Translations under genes and position numbers: made by a program | Source of the DNA: Candidatus Eiseniibacteriota bacterium | GTDB lineage: Bacteria > Eisenbacteria > RBG-16-71-46 > SZUA-252 | Direction of reading: 5' to 3' | DNA: 47,390 nucleotides | NCBI GenBank assembly: GCA_005893165.1 | Contig: VBOR01000056.1 | Span: 1 to 47,390, forward strand | Shown here: positions 45,005 through 47,390 of the stretch, piece by piece | How the letters are laid out: every line of letters begins with the position of its first letter | Position numbering within the stretch: the first letter of the stretch is position 1 | Notes under the pieces: generated by a model | Databases searched by the model: none | What the model was told of the DNA's origin: nothing | The model's input: the letters and a program-made list of their open reading frames with translations, nothing else

Positions 45005-47128
45005 GTGCGCTACCTGAGAATCCGCAGTCGAATCCTGGTCTCCGTCGCCGCTCTCTGCGTGCTGGCCGCGGCGAGCGTCTCGCCCCGCGCCCTCTTCGCG
45101 GCCGATTCGGCGGCCCCTGCCGCGGGCGCCACGCCCGTCGCTGCCCCCTTCTGGTCGGGCAAGCCCGATTCGGCGGGATTCCGCGCGCTGGCGGACGGGG
45201 AGCTCCGGACCGCGAATCGGGCGCTGGACCGCCTTCTGCACGTGTCCGGCCCGCGGACGATCGAGAACACGCTCGCACCATACAACGAAGCGCTGCTCCA
45301 TGCCGACAACGCGGCCTACGCCTCCAACCTGATCGAGTCGGTCCACCCCGACTCCACGGTGCGCGCCGTGGCGGAGGAAGAGACCCGGGCGGCGAGCAAG
45401 TTCCTGAACGACCTCGGCCTCAACCGCGGCGTCTATGACGCGCTCGCATCGCTCGACGTGACGACCGCCGACCCGAAGACGCGCTACGCGGTCGAGAAGA
45501 CCCTGCGCGACTTCCGGCTCTCGGGCGTGGACAAGGACGAAGCCACGCGCAAGAAGATCGCGGCCCTTCGCGAAGAGCTGGTGTCGATCGGCCAGGAATT
45601 CGACAAGAACATCCGGAACGACTCGCGCACGATCACGCTGGCCGGCGCGGCCGATCTCGATGGGCTCCCCGAGGATTACATCAAGGGGCACCCGGCCGGA
45701 CCGGACGGCAAGATCTCGATCAGCATCGAGTACCCGGACTTCTTCCCCGTGATGAGCTACGCCAAGAAGCCGGAGGTGCGCCAGCGCCTCCTCAAGGAAT
45801 TCCTGAACCGCGCCTACCCCGCCAACCTTCCGGTCCTCGACCGAATGATCGCGAAGCGGTACGAGCTGGCCCAACGGCTCGGATTCAAGAGCTGGGCCGA
45901 GTACGCGACCAAGGACAAGATGATCGGAAGCGACAAGAACGTCGCCTCCTTCATCGAGCGGCTGCGCGGCCTCACCCTGAAGCGGTCGCAGGAGGAATAC
46001 GAGAAATACCTGAAGCGGAAGCGCGAGGACGATCCGGCCGCCAAGACCGTGAATCAGTGGGATCGCCGCTACTACGGCGAGCTGATCCGGAAGCGCGCTT
46101 ACAACTTCGACGGCCAGCAGGCGCGCCCCTACTTCCCCTTCGACGAGGTGAAGGCAGGCGTCCTGGGAGCGACGTCGCAGATGTTCGGCCTCACGTACAA
46201 GCGCATCGCCAACGCGGACGTCTGGGATCCCAGCGTCGAGGCGTACGAGGTCTGGGAGAACGACCGCATGATCGGACGCTTCTTCCTCGACCTGCACCCG
46301 CGGCCGGGCAAATACAACCACGCGGCGAACTTCGGCATCCGAAACGGCGTCGAGGGAGTTCAGATTCCCGAGGCCGCGCTGATCTGCAACTTCGCGGGCG
46401 GGAAGCCGGGCGATCCGGGCCTCATGGAGCACGGCGACGTGGTGACCTTCTTCCACGAGTTCGGACACCTGCTCCACGCGGTGTTCGGCGGACACCAGCA
46501 GTGGGAGCCCATCTCGGGCATCGCGACCGAGTGGGATTTCGTCGAGGCGCCTTCGCAGATGCTCGAGGAGTGGTGCTGGAATCCGGGAGTGCTCCAGACC
46601 TTCGCCAAGCATTACCAGACGGGCCAGCCGATTCCGGCGGAGATGGTGGAGCGCATGCGCGCCGCGGACTGGTTCGGGCGCGCCACGTCGATCGCCTACC
46701 AGAATCTCTATTCGGCGATCTCGCTGAGCTACTACAACCGTCCCGCCAAGGAAGTGGACACGGACAAGATCTTGCGCTCCCTCGAGCCCAAGTACACGCC
46801 GTACCCGCCGATGCCCGACACCCATTTCCAGGCCGCCTTCGGACATCTCGACGGCTACTCGGCGATCTATTACACCTACATGTGGTCGCTCGTGATCTCG
46901 AAAGACATGTTCAGCAAGTTCGACAAGTCGAACCTGCTCGATCCGACGATCGCGAAGCGCTATCGCGACACCGTGCTCGCCGCGGGGGGTTCGGCGCCGG
47001 CCGGGCAGCTGGTGCACGAGTTCCTGGGCCGCGACTACGATTTCCGCTCCTTCGACGAGTGGCTGGCGGGAGAACGGCGCGGGTCCGACGGCGGACGGGG
47101 TGCGGCGGCGTCGGGAGACGTTCGGTAG
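45005..47128 (+). CDS. Exported M3A zinc oligopeptidase, copy 2
   Basis: GAGGAGG RBS + GTG 45005, signal peptide, FHEFGH, DFVEAPSQMLEEW. Confidence 0.93.
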   Translation: MRYLRIRSRILVSVAALCVLAAASVSPRALFAADSAAPAAGATPVAAPFWSGKPDSAGFRALADGELRTANRALDRLLHVSGPRTIENTLAPYNEALLHADNAAYASNLIESVHPDSTVRAVAEEETRAASKFLNDLGLNRGVYDALASLDVTTADPKTRYAVEKTLRDFRLSGVDKDEATRKKIAALREELVSIGQEFDKNIRNDSRTITLAGAADLDGLPEDYIKGHPAGPDGKISISIEYPDFFPVMSYAKKPEVRQRLLKEFLNRAYPANLPVLDRMIAKRYELAQRLGFKSWAEYATKDKMIGSDKNVASFIERLRGLTLKRSQEEYEKYLKRKREDDPAAKTVNQWDRRYYGELIRKRAYNFDGQQARPYFPFDEVKAGVLGATSQMFGLTYKRIANADVWDPSVEAYEVWENDRMIGRFFLDLHPRPGKYNHAANFGIRNGVEGVQIPEAALICNFAGGKPGDPGLMEHGDVVTFFHEFGHLLHAVFGGHQQWEPISGIATEWDFVEAPSQMLEEWCWNPGVLQTFAKHYQTGQPIPAEMVERMRAADWFGRATSIAYQNLYSAISLSYYNRPAKEVDTDKILRSLEPKYTPYPPMPDTHFQAAFGHLDGYSAIYYTYMWSLVISKDMFSKFDKSNLLDPTIAKRYRDTVLAAGGSAPAGQLVHEFLGRDYDFRSFDEWLAGERRGSDGGRGAAASGDVR

Positions 47129-47134
47129 CGGGAG

Positions 47135-47390
47135 CTACGCTTCCGTGCGACGGACTCGGAGCGGGCTGAGCACTTCCTTCTCGAAGCGGGTCTGATCGAA
47201 CGCCTTGTCGAGGTAGGGCAGGAGAACTTCCTCGGTCGAGACGAAGTGGGCCGCGACGAGTCCCAGGATCGCGTAGCAGAGGTGCATCAGTCTTCCGGAG
47301 GAAGCTCCCTCCTGGATGGCCTTGTCGAGTGCTTCGCAGCGGCGGGCGATCAGCTTGTGCTCGAATCGCGGCACTTCGGTGATGTGCGAG
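47135..47390 (-). CDS. Hemerythrin-like helical domain protein, 5' partial
   Basis: EHKLI...AHFVSTEEVLLPYLD resembles the hemerythrin H...HFxxEExxLxP pattern; the frame is open to the window edge. Confidence 0.55.
   Translation of the reverse strand, partial: SHITEVPRFEHKLIARRCEALDKAIQEGASSGRLMHLCYAILGLVAAHFVSTEEVLLPYLDKAFDQTRFEKEVLSPLRVRRTEA

Overview
High-GC bacterial chromosomal window. C-terminal FlgD-Ig/T9SS-like 'QNRPNPFNP' tails and a gingipain-like protein suggest an FCB-related lineage such as Candidatus Eisenbacteria (inference). It contains housekeeping genes (gltX, tkt, acnA, carAB, fadE), three tRNAs (Gln-CUG, Glu-CUC, Leu-UAA), several exported peptidases (M16, C25, M48, two M3 paralogs), envelope glycosyltransferases and an accessory block of exported hypothetical proteins. 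The strongest signal is a hidden exported triple-YHS protein (43039-43701). Its in-frame TGA sits at a Cys position of the YHS metal motif (GFC-U-HTC) and is followed by a bacterial SECIS-like hairpin, so it is a probable selenoprotein. It lies head-to-head with an NHLRC2-like thioredoxin/NHL gene. Six genes' worth of frame-breaking internal deletions (six junctions in five genes) and two apparent 1-bp losses, one in carA, most likely reflect assembly artefacts. Many genes appear to be leaderless. No CRISPR, rRNA, integrase or transposase was seen.
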